Source: Balanoglossus misakiensis (lineage: Eukaryota; Animalia; Hemichordata). From it: a stretch of DNA of 64,000 bases. Location of the stretch: the NCBI GenBank assembly GCA_040954595.2, contig CM082596.2, positions 3,961,025 to 4,025,024 of the forward strand, read 5' to 3'. The notes beneath the pieces are model-generated. The model saw only the letters and a list, made by a program, of their open reading frames with translations. It had not been told where the DNA came from and made no database searches. Position 1 is the stretch's first letter; every line of letters starts with the position of its first letter. Positions 40,044 to 54,040 of the stretch are shown here, piece after piece. The position numbers and the translations under genes are program-made.

Positions 40044-43000
40044 CCAGGCTGTTCATATCCAAAACGGACAGAGGCGGTCGGAAAAAAATGACTGACAGTT
40101 AGACAAACAGTGACAACAACTGCTCCCCTTTTAGAAGATGTCTCAGAAATAAACACCGATAACATTGAACTAAATGCCAAGGTTATTGCTCCCAATTCCT
40201 CCGTGCACAGCACAAAACACGCACTGACCAGTCCTAACTGTGACTCAGTTGTTGTTCAAGTGAGGTGACAAAACATTGGCATTCTTCCAGGTTACGCAGG
40301 ACCAGGTAACAATGGAGATCTGCGCAATACAGGCAGACAATAGACATCACGACTTAGATGATAAGGGGGCCAATAAAGGCTGAAGAGTACAGCCAATGAC
40401 CAGGTAGTCTAAATCAGCATCGATACTTATGTGCCTGCACTGTTACAAAGTTCCATTTTCAACTTTTTTTTTACTGTCATCCCCTACACTTTCTTTGAGA
40501 AGATGATCTGAAGTTATGAACAAGAAATGCTAGGTTTTTATTTGAGAAACGGTGAAGATCACACCATAAAGATAATCCTAATACAAGATTTAGGTTTTAT
40601 AAGAATGGTACACCAGCGGCAAAACTACAGGTAGGGGTAAAGGTTAATCCTTTGTAATTTATCCTGTTTACATGCGGTTAGTCACATTCATAGTCAAAGT
40701 GGTTCGTAAAATGAGTGCTGAATCAATGCATTGTCGTCATTGCTAAACCAGTCAAGCCTACCTCACAGGAAAGAATTCTATGGTCAGTAACTTTTTACCC
40801 AGAATTCCCCTCTTTATTTGAGGCACAGTTTTATTTTGGTTTATGCAAATTCCCTTTTAATACACTGTGATAACATATTGCATATTATATTTTACATACA
40901 TAAAAAATTAATATTCATCACCAATATTCATCAAATTTAAGTTCCACTAAATGTTGTATGCTGTATAAAAAGTCACGGTTATCATCCAATTTACCAAAGA
41001 TAACATGCACCGACAGTTTAAATCATACTATAGCATATGTCAAATCTCTACATTTCAAACATAATTCATCTTGATAATTCAATTTTCTACACAATAATTG
41101 ATGACTCTATTCAGTCTCTTTTTTCCAATTGCCATGTTTAGTCACACACTCGATAACGCAACCATTAAATCAAACCAGAAATTAGGGGTTAAATTGTATC
41201 TGAAATCTTCGGCGTGGTTCAAATTGCTGCGAATTACCGTGTGGAGTGATGAAGAATTTACAACCAAGTCCATAAAATGTTGACTTCTTTCCCAGTACGA
41301 CAGGTTCAATATACAGGCGAAAAGAAATGCCGTAATTTTATTTCAGTGGAGGCCAACCATCTCCTGTGGCCTATCACATCAATGCAGATTACTAAAATTG
41401 GGCTATAAAGCTGGTAGTGTTCTAAAATGGTTTCACTACTCTACTAGAATTATCTTGTGTATTCAAGATCACCTCAACCCAATTTTTACATACAAAAAGG
41501 CAAGGACGAATCACACATTATCCTGAAGTAGGTCTAAAAATTTCTCTGAGTCAACCCTATACCTTTGCATGTAGTGCGGATAATTTTCTTCAGTCACCAG
41601 TGAGTTTGTTGAGTCAGTGGCGCGTCATATAAGCTTAGAGGGTGCCAAACATTTATAAAACTAAAATGAAATGTTGAAAAAAAGATGGCAAGACTGCATG
41701 TATTACTTACACACTAACGTTCGACGGGACATGGTATCTGCAACTTGCACAGGATCAGATTTCCAAGAGTCTGTTGCGCTGACACCGATCTCTCGAAACG
41801 TAAACTTAACCTCGAAGGGTCTGGTCGGCTAACACATCCCCCAATGCAGATTCATAAAAATATGCAATATTTGATGAACTCCCGCACACCAATTACCAGT
41901 TCAATCAATCTCACGCAGACTCCGTAATGGAAAACACTACATTTTTCAGTAAGGGGTGCGCGCAAGTTCGGACGTCTGTCCCGCAAATCTTTTTTCCAAG
42001 CAGTGATAAGGATAGATGTCAATCTAGGGTCCCTCAATGTGTCTCTTTGTTTTAATAATCCTCTTAAAAGACCCTCCCATAAATTTGTTAAAATATTAAA
42101 AAAATATATGATGTAATAACATCATCTTTTAATGATAAAATGCCTTAATCTTCTCTTTCTTTTCAACAGTTTCTTCTTTGAAAGTCAGTTGATACGAAGA
42201 TTATTCACTTGAGAGTAGACTTTCTAAATTAAATTATGATTCGGCTGATGACTGCTCCCCCTTTCATATAGTATGAGTAACTTTCAGTCAGTGTTTTAAT
42301 GATTTTAATCAGTGACTCATTAAATAGCTAACACATTCATACAAGGCCATTAGGGTGAATTTATCTCTAAGGAAATGCCATGCAGCACTTTAACACAGCA
42401 AACACTCCTGCAAATATAAAACCACTCACTCTTTACTTTAAAATTATTGGTCAAATATTGATGTATTTTAGGTTTATTTGTGTCTTCGATATTAGATTTA
42501 AATATTAATTTCACGGCATTGGGTGACGGGGTCAAATGGAAATATTACAAATCAGAATCGTGTAATCATTCTCTGACAAATCAATAAGTTATTTCTGTTC
42601 GTTCAACTTCACATTTTGCCGCAAGAGCTCGGTGGATACCGTTTGACTGTCTGTCAACACAGCCACAAAACACCGCAAATTTTGTTTAACAAACAGATTA
42701 AGAACTCTGAAAGGATCTATTCATGCTACATATAAGTTTTAAGCACTTCACAGTTCTACGACTATGGCACCCCCAAGCAATTATAATGAATCTATTATGT
42801 ATCCGAAGTACCCATCATGCACTGCTGTTGACAACTTTGGGGTTATTGCACCTGTCACAGTGAAGTCCCCCTTGTCAACCTTTGACACCGGATTGTACAC
42901 ATCAATATGCAAATTCAACAAAAGTTCAGGGATTACCGGTACTAGTATCATGACAATCGTGCATGATATCTTAAGATTTCAGTTTACTTTATGCAGATCA

Positions 43001-45349
43001 CAATCAGCAACATCATATGTAAAGTAGTTCTTTTAAGATATAAATGACTCAACGGAAAAGGAAGTGATCGTGTATTCTGCATAATAGGTGATGGGGACTG
43101 TTTTAATGCTACACGTACAAGTGTCCCTAATTCCGTCCAGTGCTAGTGATTGAATTTGCCTGGTATTTCCACAGCGGTGAGGGGAAAAGACATTCACTGC
43201 AGTGTTATTGATAATAATGAAAAGTGTTCAACAGCAAGTGATAAGATTTGTTGAGGTTTGTTCTCAGAGTTGTCTTGGTGTGAAGTAGGAGGCCAAAGGG
43301 TTCTTGGGTAAAGCAAATGTCTGGTGTATGATGAGTGATGATGTTCAGCACAAGTATATGGCATGGTTGATTTGCCAGGTAACAAGCGTGTTCATCTACA
43401 CACATACTAGTAGCTGAATGTTGAGGGCTCTTTCTCAGAGTTATTGCTGAGCTTAACAAAAAGATCACAGGCTGTAGGATCATGATGGGGATGCCCTATG
43501 CTAGATGTGGGATCCTGAATTCTTTGATGTGTTTATCTTGTTGGAACAGAAGTGTCCAGCTACAAGGGGAAGGTTAAGGGCTCTTTCATTCAGTTTTATG
43601 CTTAGATTAGAAGACCACAGGTTGATGGGGTAAAGAATTTTTCTTGTCTGATCAACTGCAAGTGGAGAAAATGTTCAGATTTCCTGGTTTTTGACAGGTT
43701 TTTAAACTTTTAAGGCCTCACAAGTGAGAAAGTGGCCTTCCTTACAAAATCAAGCCAACAAGAGCAAAGAGTCACTACTGACAAAATCAATCATACCACT
43801 GTTCCCCTTTAAAGAATGTTCCAGTCTGTGGCATTCTGGCATCTAACATTACAAACCAACAAGATCTTGAGGGAGAGTATTGCAATTACTCATCAATCAA
43901 AGCAACCTTCAAAATGATAACAATCTATCAAAACTGCCACGGTTAATTGGAATTTCACAATGCCAACTAAGATCGTGATGTATATTTTTTGAAAATGAGT
44001 CAACCATATCTGATACCTTAGGACCAGAGTAAATGATAAACAAATACCTAAACATACGCTGCAGGGGCTAAGCTTAGTCAAAACACTGTCAATGCTACTA
44101 CAAGTCTGATAACAACGTCAAGTTTTCAAAAGTCTTGCCCGGTCAGGCAGAGAAACTGTTAAAAATGTGCACTGGGCTGTCACATCAACACAATCAGAGA
44201 TACCAGAGACACAAGGGTTTCTTTATTGTACAGTATGTAGTTGGCTTTTGACAATCATGTTGATAAGAAACTCAAAACTTGGCTCCACAACTTCCCGATG
44301 CATGGTGCACTATGTTCAAACTACCATTCACAGCTGAGAGTTAAACCACTTCCAGTAAATGAGAATTCTCGCATGTTAAAATGAATGTGACAGGCCCTCC
44401 CTTATCTGCCAATTTTTATAGACACTTTTTCCAGAGGAAGATGTCATAAAAATGTTAGGTACTGCAGAGCTTATCAATCTATCAATACAATTGGTTCATT
44501 TTCAATACCATCCCTCGGGTTATTAACATTCATGAAGTGTAATTGGAACACAACAAGAATAATTACTACTGTAAATAACGCGAACAAAAGAGGCCTTGGT
44601 TCAATGACTGGTTTCTATTGAAGCCTTGACTACTGTTTCTAGTTATCTGCTACTTAGTGAAACACATTTGAAATGGGAGATGAGATAATGTACTTTTATT
44701 AATGCTCCATTAGCCGTAACTTTTGGTTGTGTTCTGTATATCTATTGCAAGAGAATTTTTGCATGTTTCAAGGAACACACAGAACAAAAACACTGAAAGT
44801 TATAACTACACTGCAACATTCCTTTAGAGTAAAAACTGGCCCCAAAACAAATGCAATGTCAGCTTTCATAAACAGCTGTCACACTCAGACCTTCCAAAAA
44901 AGATAATATAGGGATGAGAGGTGCATTGTACCTAGCTGAAGGCCGATTCCGTCTCTGCATTCATCAGGACTATGTGTCAAAACAATTAAAGATATACCAC
45001 TGCAGCATGCAGACATGGCACAGGTTGTATTTATTATAAACTGCCAATGATCCCAGCAGGGGATGACACCTCCTAAATTGGTAAGGAAACCACACTTATA
45101 CACATGATATTCACTTGTAAAGTTGAAATTCTATGTACCAGTACCGGCATTCCCGGACTAAATCTGGCCCTTCTGTTGGACTGTATCAGATTACCTTCAG
45201 TGTATTTGCAAAAAAGTGTTATTTTATCATTTCAGATTGCAGATGACCACATAAAGGGCAGAGGCACTGCCAAAGTTGAGTGTATTTTGCAGATTTCTTT
45301 TAATAGACACAACATGCCCGACGGACTATTTCAGCAGTCCCTGTGCTAG

Positions 45350-45410
45350 AGGGAAGGTAGTATGGCTTCCCTCCTGTGATAAGGGAAGGTAGTATGGCTT
45401 CAGGGAAGGA
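45350..45410. repeat. Short tandem duplication of agggaaggtagtatggcttc (2 copies plus a partial)
   Basis: Copies at 45350 and 45382, partial at 45402. Confidence 0.8.
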
Positions 45411-48220
45411 AGTCATTTGCAGACTTCAGTGCAATCAACTCAGGAAATGCATAAGGTACTGACATGACCTTAGAGCAGGCAGGTCAGGGGTCACCCAGCC
45501 CACTGCCTGGTATTTAATTTTGAAATAGCAGCTCGCTCCCTCTTTTTGAAAGAACATCCTGTTTTCATGTGCTCTTTGTTTCAGGTATGCATGGCAACAA
45601 AAGAAAATGCAGTGTAATGACAAAACAAGGAACTTTTAAAACTGCATCACTCTACGCTCTAGGGAAGCCCGGACTATCCAATTTCACAAGAGGAATTTTT
45701 CCAAAGCCAACAGCCAGACGCCAACGAACAAAGACACTGCATGTGGTTCACTTCAGTACACTTTCTTCCATAGTTTCTGTGTAATGTTGCACATGGATGC
45801 TGTCCTTAAAACGTTTATTACAATGCCCGCACTTTTTTTTCAATGGACAAAGCCTCAAAGTTTACACTACAAAGCTACAACCAAATCTGTCATTACAACA
45901 ATTAACAACATGCGAATCCCAACAAGATTCAGTTTCTCCTTCTACAAAATATTTGGAATTTTGATTGTAAATACACATCCTATAAAGGGTTTTACATACG
46001 TATCCTTGTCGCAGAGGGAGTTTAGATTTTTCAGATTACAGCGTCCATCGCTAGCTCTGTTTTGTCGCTTGTGGTAAACTTATCTGAGTGTGTGTATGAC
46101 CGGCTTGCCAGTTCAGTAGGCAAGCTGTAATTTAGAGAAAGCTATAAAAACTTTCAATTACTTTCCAGTAACAATGTACGACAGAGATAAGATTATTCTC
46201 CCAGACACACATGCAAGCATTATCAGCAAAACCAAAGAATGTGATTCAGAGCTTGGGATGTGTCTAACAAATGTTTTGGATGTTCTTGGCATGTACAAGC
46301 CGTTGATGAACATAAAATACATAGCCGCAACTTGTCGTCTGGGACATTTTTAACTGATAGGAATCTTATAAGCGTGGCAGTAGTACGCTACAATGCAAAA
46401 GACTTCCCTCTATAAATCAGAAATTTTACAGCTGTTTTGAGTATCAATGTTCTTAACTTTCTCCAAACATTTCACGAGTATCTGTTATGCTGATGGGGTA
46501 AAACTTTCTGTGACACACATTTTAAAAATGAAAAGGCATATCCCATAGCAACTTATAAAAAAATTTGTGAACTATGTTCTGTCAATAAATCTAACAAACA
46601 TTGTGTATGGTTACCCTGCATTGCTGTTTATAAAACAGTCCTTTGAACAAATAACCGTTATTAATTTTAACTTAAGATTAGAGTAACCCCAGCATAAAAT
46701 TTTAGGTCAGAGAGGGTATGAAATTTGGTCTTTGTTTTGTATACTGGAAGAGTGTTGTATTACATCAAGGTCATCTTGCTAACGCCCTTCTGACTTCAGA
46801 GAAACATTTACAAAGAGCGCGATCAGTAATGAGGAAAGAATCAAGTCTGAAGACACTGGCCAAGGATGAATGTATTCATAGGATCAAGGGATTTATCATA
46901 CATACCAATGAGTTGGTATTAACCGACAGAAATTCAAATGTCAAAATTGTTTTATACATCTACAAATTTGGCCTGACAGAAATGGAGCTTTCTGGAAAAT
47001 GTGTCAGTCCAGGCGATCGGGGAGAGAGACCCGTGGCTGGACTCTGTGCCCTGAATCAGCCAATTAGCACCATGCAGGCTGGATGTTGTGTTGACTTGCC
47101 AACTTCTTCTCGCATGGGGAGTTCTTCCAGCATACTGCACAGCGTAAACAACCTTGGTGGACACCGCCCGCTGGCTATCTGTTCATAATTAGTTTAAGTC
47201 GCTAGATTTCTGGGTTGATTGTCAGCCAGGTACGTCAGCAACCACGGTCACTCCCATCCACAACAGCACACCACGGTCAAGTGTCTGAACAGGTCAGAAT
47301 TACAGAACAACCTTGTTTCTGCTTTGTTAGGATCAACTACGGTATGCGGCAAACAATTTTATTCCAGTCTCACTGGAAAGCTTGTTTACTTGGCAACTTC
47401 CACCCCCTCCTGTGATATGTACTAGTACGCCGCTATCAAACTTTAAAATATTTGAAATATTAGTTGCTTTCAGACAAATACCCATACTTTCACGTCTTCA
47501 GTGCATCACCATACGCCACTTGCTGGAAGCAGCTCTCAATAACTACACATAGATGTAAACAATCAAACTAAAAATACACTGCACCTGAATTGCAAACTCA
47601 CACACGCTACCCATGGTTGTCATCTGATAAGTTTCAATAAACATGTCAATATTCTTTCTCAGTGCATTACCGATTTCCAACTTAAACACACACCAGGTTC
47701 CACCAATAAATATCTTTCATATTAGTGCACATACATGTCTGATTTACAGGGCAATTGGGCATAATTTTATGAATACATCCACTTCCAATAAATATGCCAT
47801 GTCAATGACTGTCACCTGAAGACTGCACGTGTCTGCGAGTTCTCATGCACGCAACCTTTGCTTTTACGAGTATTGCTCAATGCCGGAATCCGAGCACTGT
47901 TTCTTGACGAGACCAGGATCTAGGTCAAACCTCTGCCTCCCAGAAGACTGTCCGTCAAGCAACTTTATCTGATCATTCAATTTTCCCCTCGTCAATTTTC
48001 CCTTTACCCTGAATGCCTACGTCTGTATCTATCTCCGAGGACATTCCAGCGTTTATCCCGCTGAAAAGTGATGAGTCCGGAGAATGCCCGGAATGTCCGC
48101 ACTCAGACAAGAAGATGACACTGTTAAATTAAGTGTGGATAAACTCTTGTACTCCTGTTACAATTCAATACTAATCACATCTGTCAAAGATGCATTGCAA
48201 CAATCTGTATCACATCTACA

Positions 48221-48289
48221 ACTAGTCTAGAATCCAGACTCATGTGTTTTTATAGCGAACAGACAAACTGGTCTGGATTCTAGACTGGT
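48221..48289. repeat. Short fold-back element, same family as 3503-3574
   Basis: actagtctagaatccagac ... gtctggattctagactggt 19-bp inverted repeat (1 mismatch). Confidence 0.65.
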
Positions 48290-49311
48290 CTACACCAAGA
48301 ACACACCCAACAATTCCGTACAAGATTTCCGCAAGCTTTTTCCTTCTCACATTCTTTCTCATGCTGATGTTAAGATTTTTACAGTCAAACATTTATGACC
48401 AATGAAAAATACACCAAAAGTATATGATCATATTTACATATACAGCATAATGATATAAAGACTTTGTGATCAGTCGTTAAAAGTATTCATTGGACGCTCT
48501 GAAATAACTTCAGGCGGCACTTTCAGCTGTATACTACACATGATTTAAAAGTAACGGAAATGGGCCGAGCACCATGGGGTCCGGCAAACGCTTCATGTTG
48601 TCATTTCATTTACAAAATGCAACAAAGTGTCGGCAAGCCGGTGGACAGACAAGCGTGCTACGCTGCAGTTGTTCCAGGATCGAATTTCTGCAATGAACGC
48701 CACTAACCGACTAAGGCGTAAGAAACCAATTACGCTTTATCAGAACGGCTGAGCAACTGGCAACTGTTAAACATTTCTACAGGGGGGGGGGATTTTACAA
48801 CCGCGGTTTTACTGCCAAGCTTAGATTACCTCGCATGAATGATAATAAGGGATGGTCACCAGTGTCCGAACCTTCTCAACTCATCAGAACCCTAAATTTA
48901 TTCAAATGTATGCATCAGATCCCTCTCCACACATCAGAAACCTCTCGGACACTCCCACGCCGAAAATACAAATTCTCTTTTCATGACGCTTCAGTATGGT
49001 AGTACTGATAGTCTCTTCCTGAATTAAAAGACACGATGCAAGCCAAAAATGGGAAAGGGCAGCCGAGGCTTGTCTTCAATCAAAACCAACACACACCCAC
49101 ACTTCATTTATGGAGTGGCGTATTGAGTTCCTTCCAAGACAGCTGTATGCTCCATTGTAAATCAAGATTCATGACATGTTTAATGGCAATGGCTTTGCAG
49201 CTTTGTTAGCATGACACTGTTATTAGCAGTGTCAATTGCAACCATCGCACAACACCTTACATTATCATTTCCGTGAATTTTCCCGGCAACTTAATTTCTC
49301 TATTTCAAATC

Positions 49312-49331
49312 TGTGTGTGTGTGTGTGTGTG
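49312..49331. repeat. (TG)n microsatellite
   Basis: Read directly from the sequence. Confidence 0.85.
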
Positions 49332-51399
49332 CATGGGTGTATTTGTAAACATGCACTGCAAGTGCTTGGCTTATCAGAAAGCTTGTATAATTGATATTAC
49401 TGGCTATGAAAATATTCAGCAGAAAATCTAGCAAAGTGTTGCTCCATGAATAAACCCTTATCTCACTTAGACTCAACATTACAGACCCTTCATTCTTTGC
49501 CAACAATTAAAGTTTCCTTCACCTTCTTTGTGGGATTTTATGAGTCACTGAATATGAATGACCAATCACATTACAAAACAGACCAGACATTGCAGGAAAT
49601 CATGTCTACCTCTATAATAGATGACTACAGTCAATGACTGACATGACTGACTAACTACAAATGGTCATCACTTACCACTGCATGAATTTACTTTGCTACT
49701 TGACTTACAAAAACATATTAACAATGACGTTTATTTTCTTTTTCAATTCAAGTAAATAGATTTAAGTTCCAATTTGGTAAGCATTACAATATTACATGTA
49801 AACTGCAGTTATGCTTGACTTAAGTCGGCGAATAAATAAAGTTGTTTGTATCATAAACTTGATCATTATTTCATGCAAAATTGTTTGAATTTGGTGAGTG
49901 AAAATTTACCAGTAGTTCATGGCAATGCATCTGAGTGAAGTCTGTCCAATAGGGATGGAAGGCAAGCATATTCTTGGATTCGTTCTCAAGGATAACCTTG
50001 TATTGTATTCATCCCACTGAAAGCTTCGTATAAACGAACACAAATACACACAAATTGACTCTAATCACGTCTACAGTTATGCCAACAAAGTACTTGTTGA
50101 AACATTGAAGACAGACATTGTTCATATTTTCTATTGCAGAGATACCTTTGTCGAAATTTTCTAGCAATCATTTTCATTAATTAGTTAAATTTAGATAGGC
50201 TAGCAGTCTCCATTGATGCTCATTTTCTCACCATCATCAATTGGCCCTGTTTGCAACCTTACGAAACTGTCCTATGCAGAAAACATGCTTTTCAAATGTA
50301 AATGCCATTGACAAAGGCATTGCAATGCAAACTGAGCAAGGCCTCTTAAGCTTTCATTTGACCGACACATTGACATGGAATGAAAAGAATAAATCCATGA
50401 AGCTTGGTCCAAACGGTTTTAGCAGCAATAACGGTTATTGACTACCGGTACACTTTTCACAAGGTCCTCAAATGGGCTTTTAAAAATCAATAACATTTCA
50501 GGAACAAGTTCATAACAGTTCAAGGTGGTCCAGTTAAACATTGGTGGTACGAAGTCCACTTCAAACACTTGAAACAACCCAGTTCAACTACACATAATGA
50601 TCCATTAACAAGTGCTAACAAGGCAAAGGTCTCTTTCAAGGCAACACTTGCCAATTCCTCCTAGCAGCTGATTCACGAGATAGAAAATCCATCCAATGTT
50701 TATTCTCAATGCATCCTTGACTTAATCAGAAATTTGCAATTTTCAAATGCCTGCTATCAAGTAAAGACTGCATACAATTGCTGGTGGTGTCATCACCGAT
50801 CTGCATGGTCTCCATGGCAACCATGCAAGTTCTCAGCAAGTATAGAGACAAACTAACGCTGTAATATTTTGTAGGCTTTCATACAAACTTGATAACAACC
50901 ATGGGTTGCACTCCCTACCTTCAGCTGCAATGCACATAAAAGTCGAAATGTGCAATTAATTTAAATTGTGCGTGAGGCAAAACATCAATGCCACACTACT
51001 TCCTTAGGAATCTGGCCAGGATCAGATATCACACCCAGCATGCCACCCCCATTATATCATGAATGGAATAGTCCACATATCTGCACCAATAAAACAATAA
51101 TTAAAATATTCTGGATTAAGTTACATGTGGCCCCACAGTCTGTATAGACAAGGCGTCATCAATCATTTTTGTCTCGTATACTTGTAAGGGACCCTCGAAT
51201 ATTTTTTAACGGAATGTATCGACACTCACATGTCATAGTGCTATTTTTACATTTTTGATTGATTATAAATATATTGAACACACACACTTATGAGTTCTTG
51301 GTAGATACACACCAAAACAATTGTGATTAAATTTGCCCAGCTAAATGATACCAGCAATTTTTCAGGTGTCTTTCTTATACATCCCTAATTATACTAGTA

Positions 51400-52401
51400 C
51401 CGTGCAGTCAGGACGTAAGTGGGGTAATTACGGCGGTGAGATCAAAGAGATCTATTTGAATGTGAACGTCACTGAGTGGCAGTTACGGCCAGTTCGAAAA
51501 ATTTTCAAATGGAGATTTTCGGTACTACAAGTGATCGTAGTGCATCCATTTTTCTAAGACGTGTATGAAACACCATAGTCAATGATAGGATGATTTTTCG
51601 TGAAGTTTTAACGACGCGTTCCCGAGATAGACAGTTTCGGTATGTTGGTTTAAATTGTGGTCCTTGACTCTCGGCAAAGATTTCTTGTCTTGAAAAAAAT
51701 TGGGTAGGTTAGGAAGATATTGAACTAAGTTACCGTGAAATTATAATGTTGTGAGCCGCTCCGTTGTGGAGTAATGACGGTGTAAAAATTGCCTTCGCCA
51801 TCGACGAGTACAGCCGTGTTTGCCATATGTGTATGCATTGAAGTAGGTCAACGCATGTTAACCCATGACGTAATGGCTTCCTTTTCAACGCGTCGTTATC
51901 TCTCATTAGCATATTACATACGGAGTCTATACACTATTCACGCTGACTGACTTCTCAGGACTGACCTATGGCACTGTAAATTGTGGTCCTTGACTCTCGG
52001 CATGGATATATTCATGTCAAAATTATGAATAGAGGAGTTTAATAATGTTTCTAAAACCTGAGGGGGTTAATTTTTGTGTGGGTATGGCTGATATTTTTTT
52101 TTTGATTTTTTAACTTCAAGGTCACTTTGAATTTCGTGATCACAATTTTGTCAGTGGAAGTAAAGAAATTCTTCTCGATAAAACTTCATGAAAAATCACA
52201 TGTAGTACACTCATAGTACCAGTAATGTGCCTGGGGTGAAATAATTGTCAGAAATGGGTTGCTAGTTGCTTAACTTTCGTTGTGAAAAAAGTTGAAAAAC
52301 TGTATGCAAATGAGCAATTCAAAGGTTACTGGCCAGTTCAAGTGTTTGCATTGCATGATCCCCTGCTGTTTAATTACCCCACTTACGTCCTGACTGCGTG
52401 G
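51400..52401. mobile_element. Non-autonomous Tc1/mariner-type DNA transposon (MITE), ~1.0 kb
   Basis: 31-bp TIRs CC(GT/AC)GCAGTCAGGACGTAAGTGGGGTAATTA (2 mismatches); TA on both flanks (51398-51399, 52402-52403); internal 26-bp direct repeat taaattgtggtccttgactctcggca at 51651 and 51977. Confidence 0.85.
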
Positions 52402-53811
52402 TAATATAAAGACAGAACAAATGGTCAATATGCGCATAACACAAAGATTTTGTAATCATGCCTACCAGGATTGCAAGACTGATCATGTTCATTGCCAAAT
52501 TCACAGCAATTTATGAAATGTACACATTCAACAATGTAACAATTTCTATTGTGTACATAACTGTATAACAATACACATAGACATGTTGGCCAATAACATA
52601 TTTACTTTAAGGTGCTGCATAAAAGTCACAGCAATATATTGTATAGGAATCTTTCATCACTGTAACGGTTCGTACACCTGTAGTACAATGCGCTATGGCT
52701 GTTGTTGGACAGGTTAATAATATGCGCATGAGTGAACATCCACAGTATTTTCCGTGAAGTTATTGCTGACGTAGAAGGAAACTCGCATATTGGTGATCAA
52801 TGAGTCTGATTACCCAACGAAAACGACTTTTGGCATTTATTCGTAACGACAATTAAAAATGTTACATAAAGACAATAGCATACTCCTTGTGACCAGAAAC
52901 TATGGTCAGCTGATATACTTTATGCCAGACATAACTGATCCAGGATACAGTCACTGCGTAAGTTTTAATTTGACGAAGAGGTGAATGACAGCGAGGCAGG
53001 AACACTCCTACAGTGTTCTCTAAGATCATGAAGATTTGATCAAAGAGCGGTCAAAACACAAACGAACTTTGTACAGATGTTTTGGTCATTGGTAAATATA
53101 AGAGATAGCTCCGGCTTTCAAATGCAACGTAGATTGAAACCCCCCCCCCCCCCCACACACACACACAGTTTGGACCCATGTCTATTTCACAACACAACAC
53201 ACACCGTATCGCACCAGTCGACGATCGGCACACTATGCCGGCGAACAGTGACACAGAGTGACCTCGGCTATCTGAAAACACTGCAAACAGCGTTACAGGA
53301 AATCTAATTCATGTCATGAAATATTGTTTAGGAAGGGTGCGCTGACGATCAACCACTCTGAGGGCAACATATTGCAGTCAATGACTTCCCCAACGCTACT
53401 GGACTTCTCTGCCGTTAGACTATTGGAATGACAGACACTTGAATTTATGGTGACTCGCTTTATTATACATGTATACAATTCCCGATTTGAAAACGACCCG
53501 GTGCGATTTCAAGAAATGACAGGGGCTTGCATTATAAAAGGCGATCACGTAATCTACGTGGCGTATGGACGCGAGCACGTTGACACCTGAGCGATCGATG
53601 GTCCCAGACGCAAAATAACACCGATCGCCCGTCTCAGACTAAGATCTGGCAGGCAATGACTCTGGTAAACTCGTTTTTGTAACCATTCTGTACAAATACA
53701 CCAGCCAGGGAAAGGGTGACAAGAAAGCTACACGCCCTGACTCGCTTACACAAACAACCACATACTTCGCAAACTAGTCAAAAACTTGTCAGGGAGTTAC
53801 GGTGTACTCAC

Positions 53812-53887
53812 GCTCAGCTGATGAAAACAACGCGGTTCCCACGACAACTAGCCCACCTATCAGCAACGTTAGAAAAGTTTTCTCCAT
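53812..53887 (-). CDS. First coding exon (signal peptide) of an unidentified secreted or type-I membrane protein: MEKTFLTLLIGGLVVVGTALFSSAE + phase-1 intron
   Basis: Strong start context acaaaATGG; n-region K, hydrophobic core LTLLIGGLVVVGTALF, S-S-A cleavage-like site; donor gtgagt after 76 nt; lies ~125 bp from a CGGAAGTG motif in a CpG-enriched region. Confidence 0.75.
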
Positions 53888-53899
53888 TTTGTAGCAGTC

Positions 53900-54040
53900 T
53901 TCAACATTCCCACATAAACAGCAGCGATGAAATATTGTAGAATTTCCACGTTTAACGGCAAAAAAAGTTTACTCCATAGTATTAAGCATGTTGTCGTCAG
54001 TAGATCCTGACGGAAGTGACCTCAGTCGATGAGTAAGTTA
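53900..54040 (-). promoter_or_regulatory. Promoter/5' leader with ETS(GABP)-like CGGAAGTG (54011-54018) and two uORFs (53969-53989 MLNTME*, 53901-53915 MWEC*)
   Basis: Motifs read directly; position immediately upstream of the signal-peptide exon. Confidence 0.55.
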
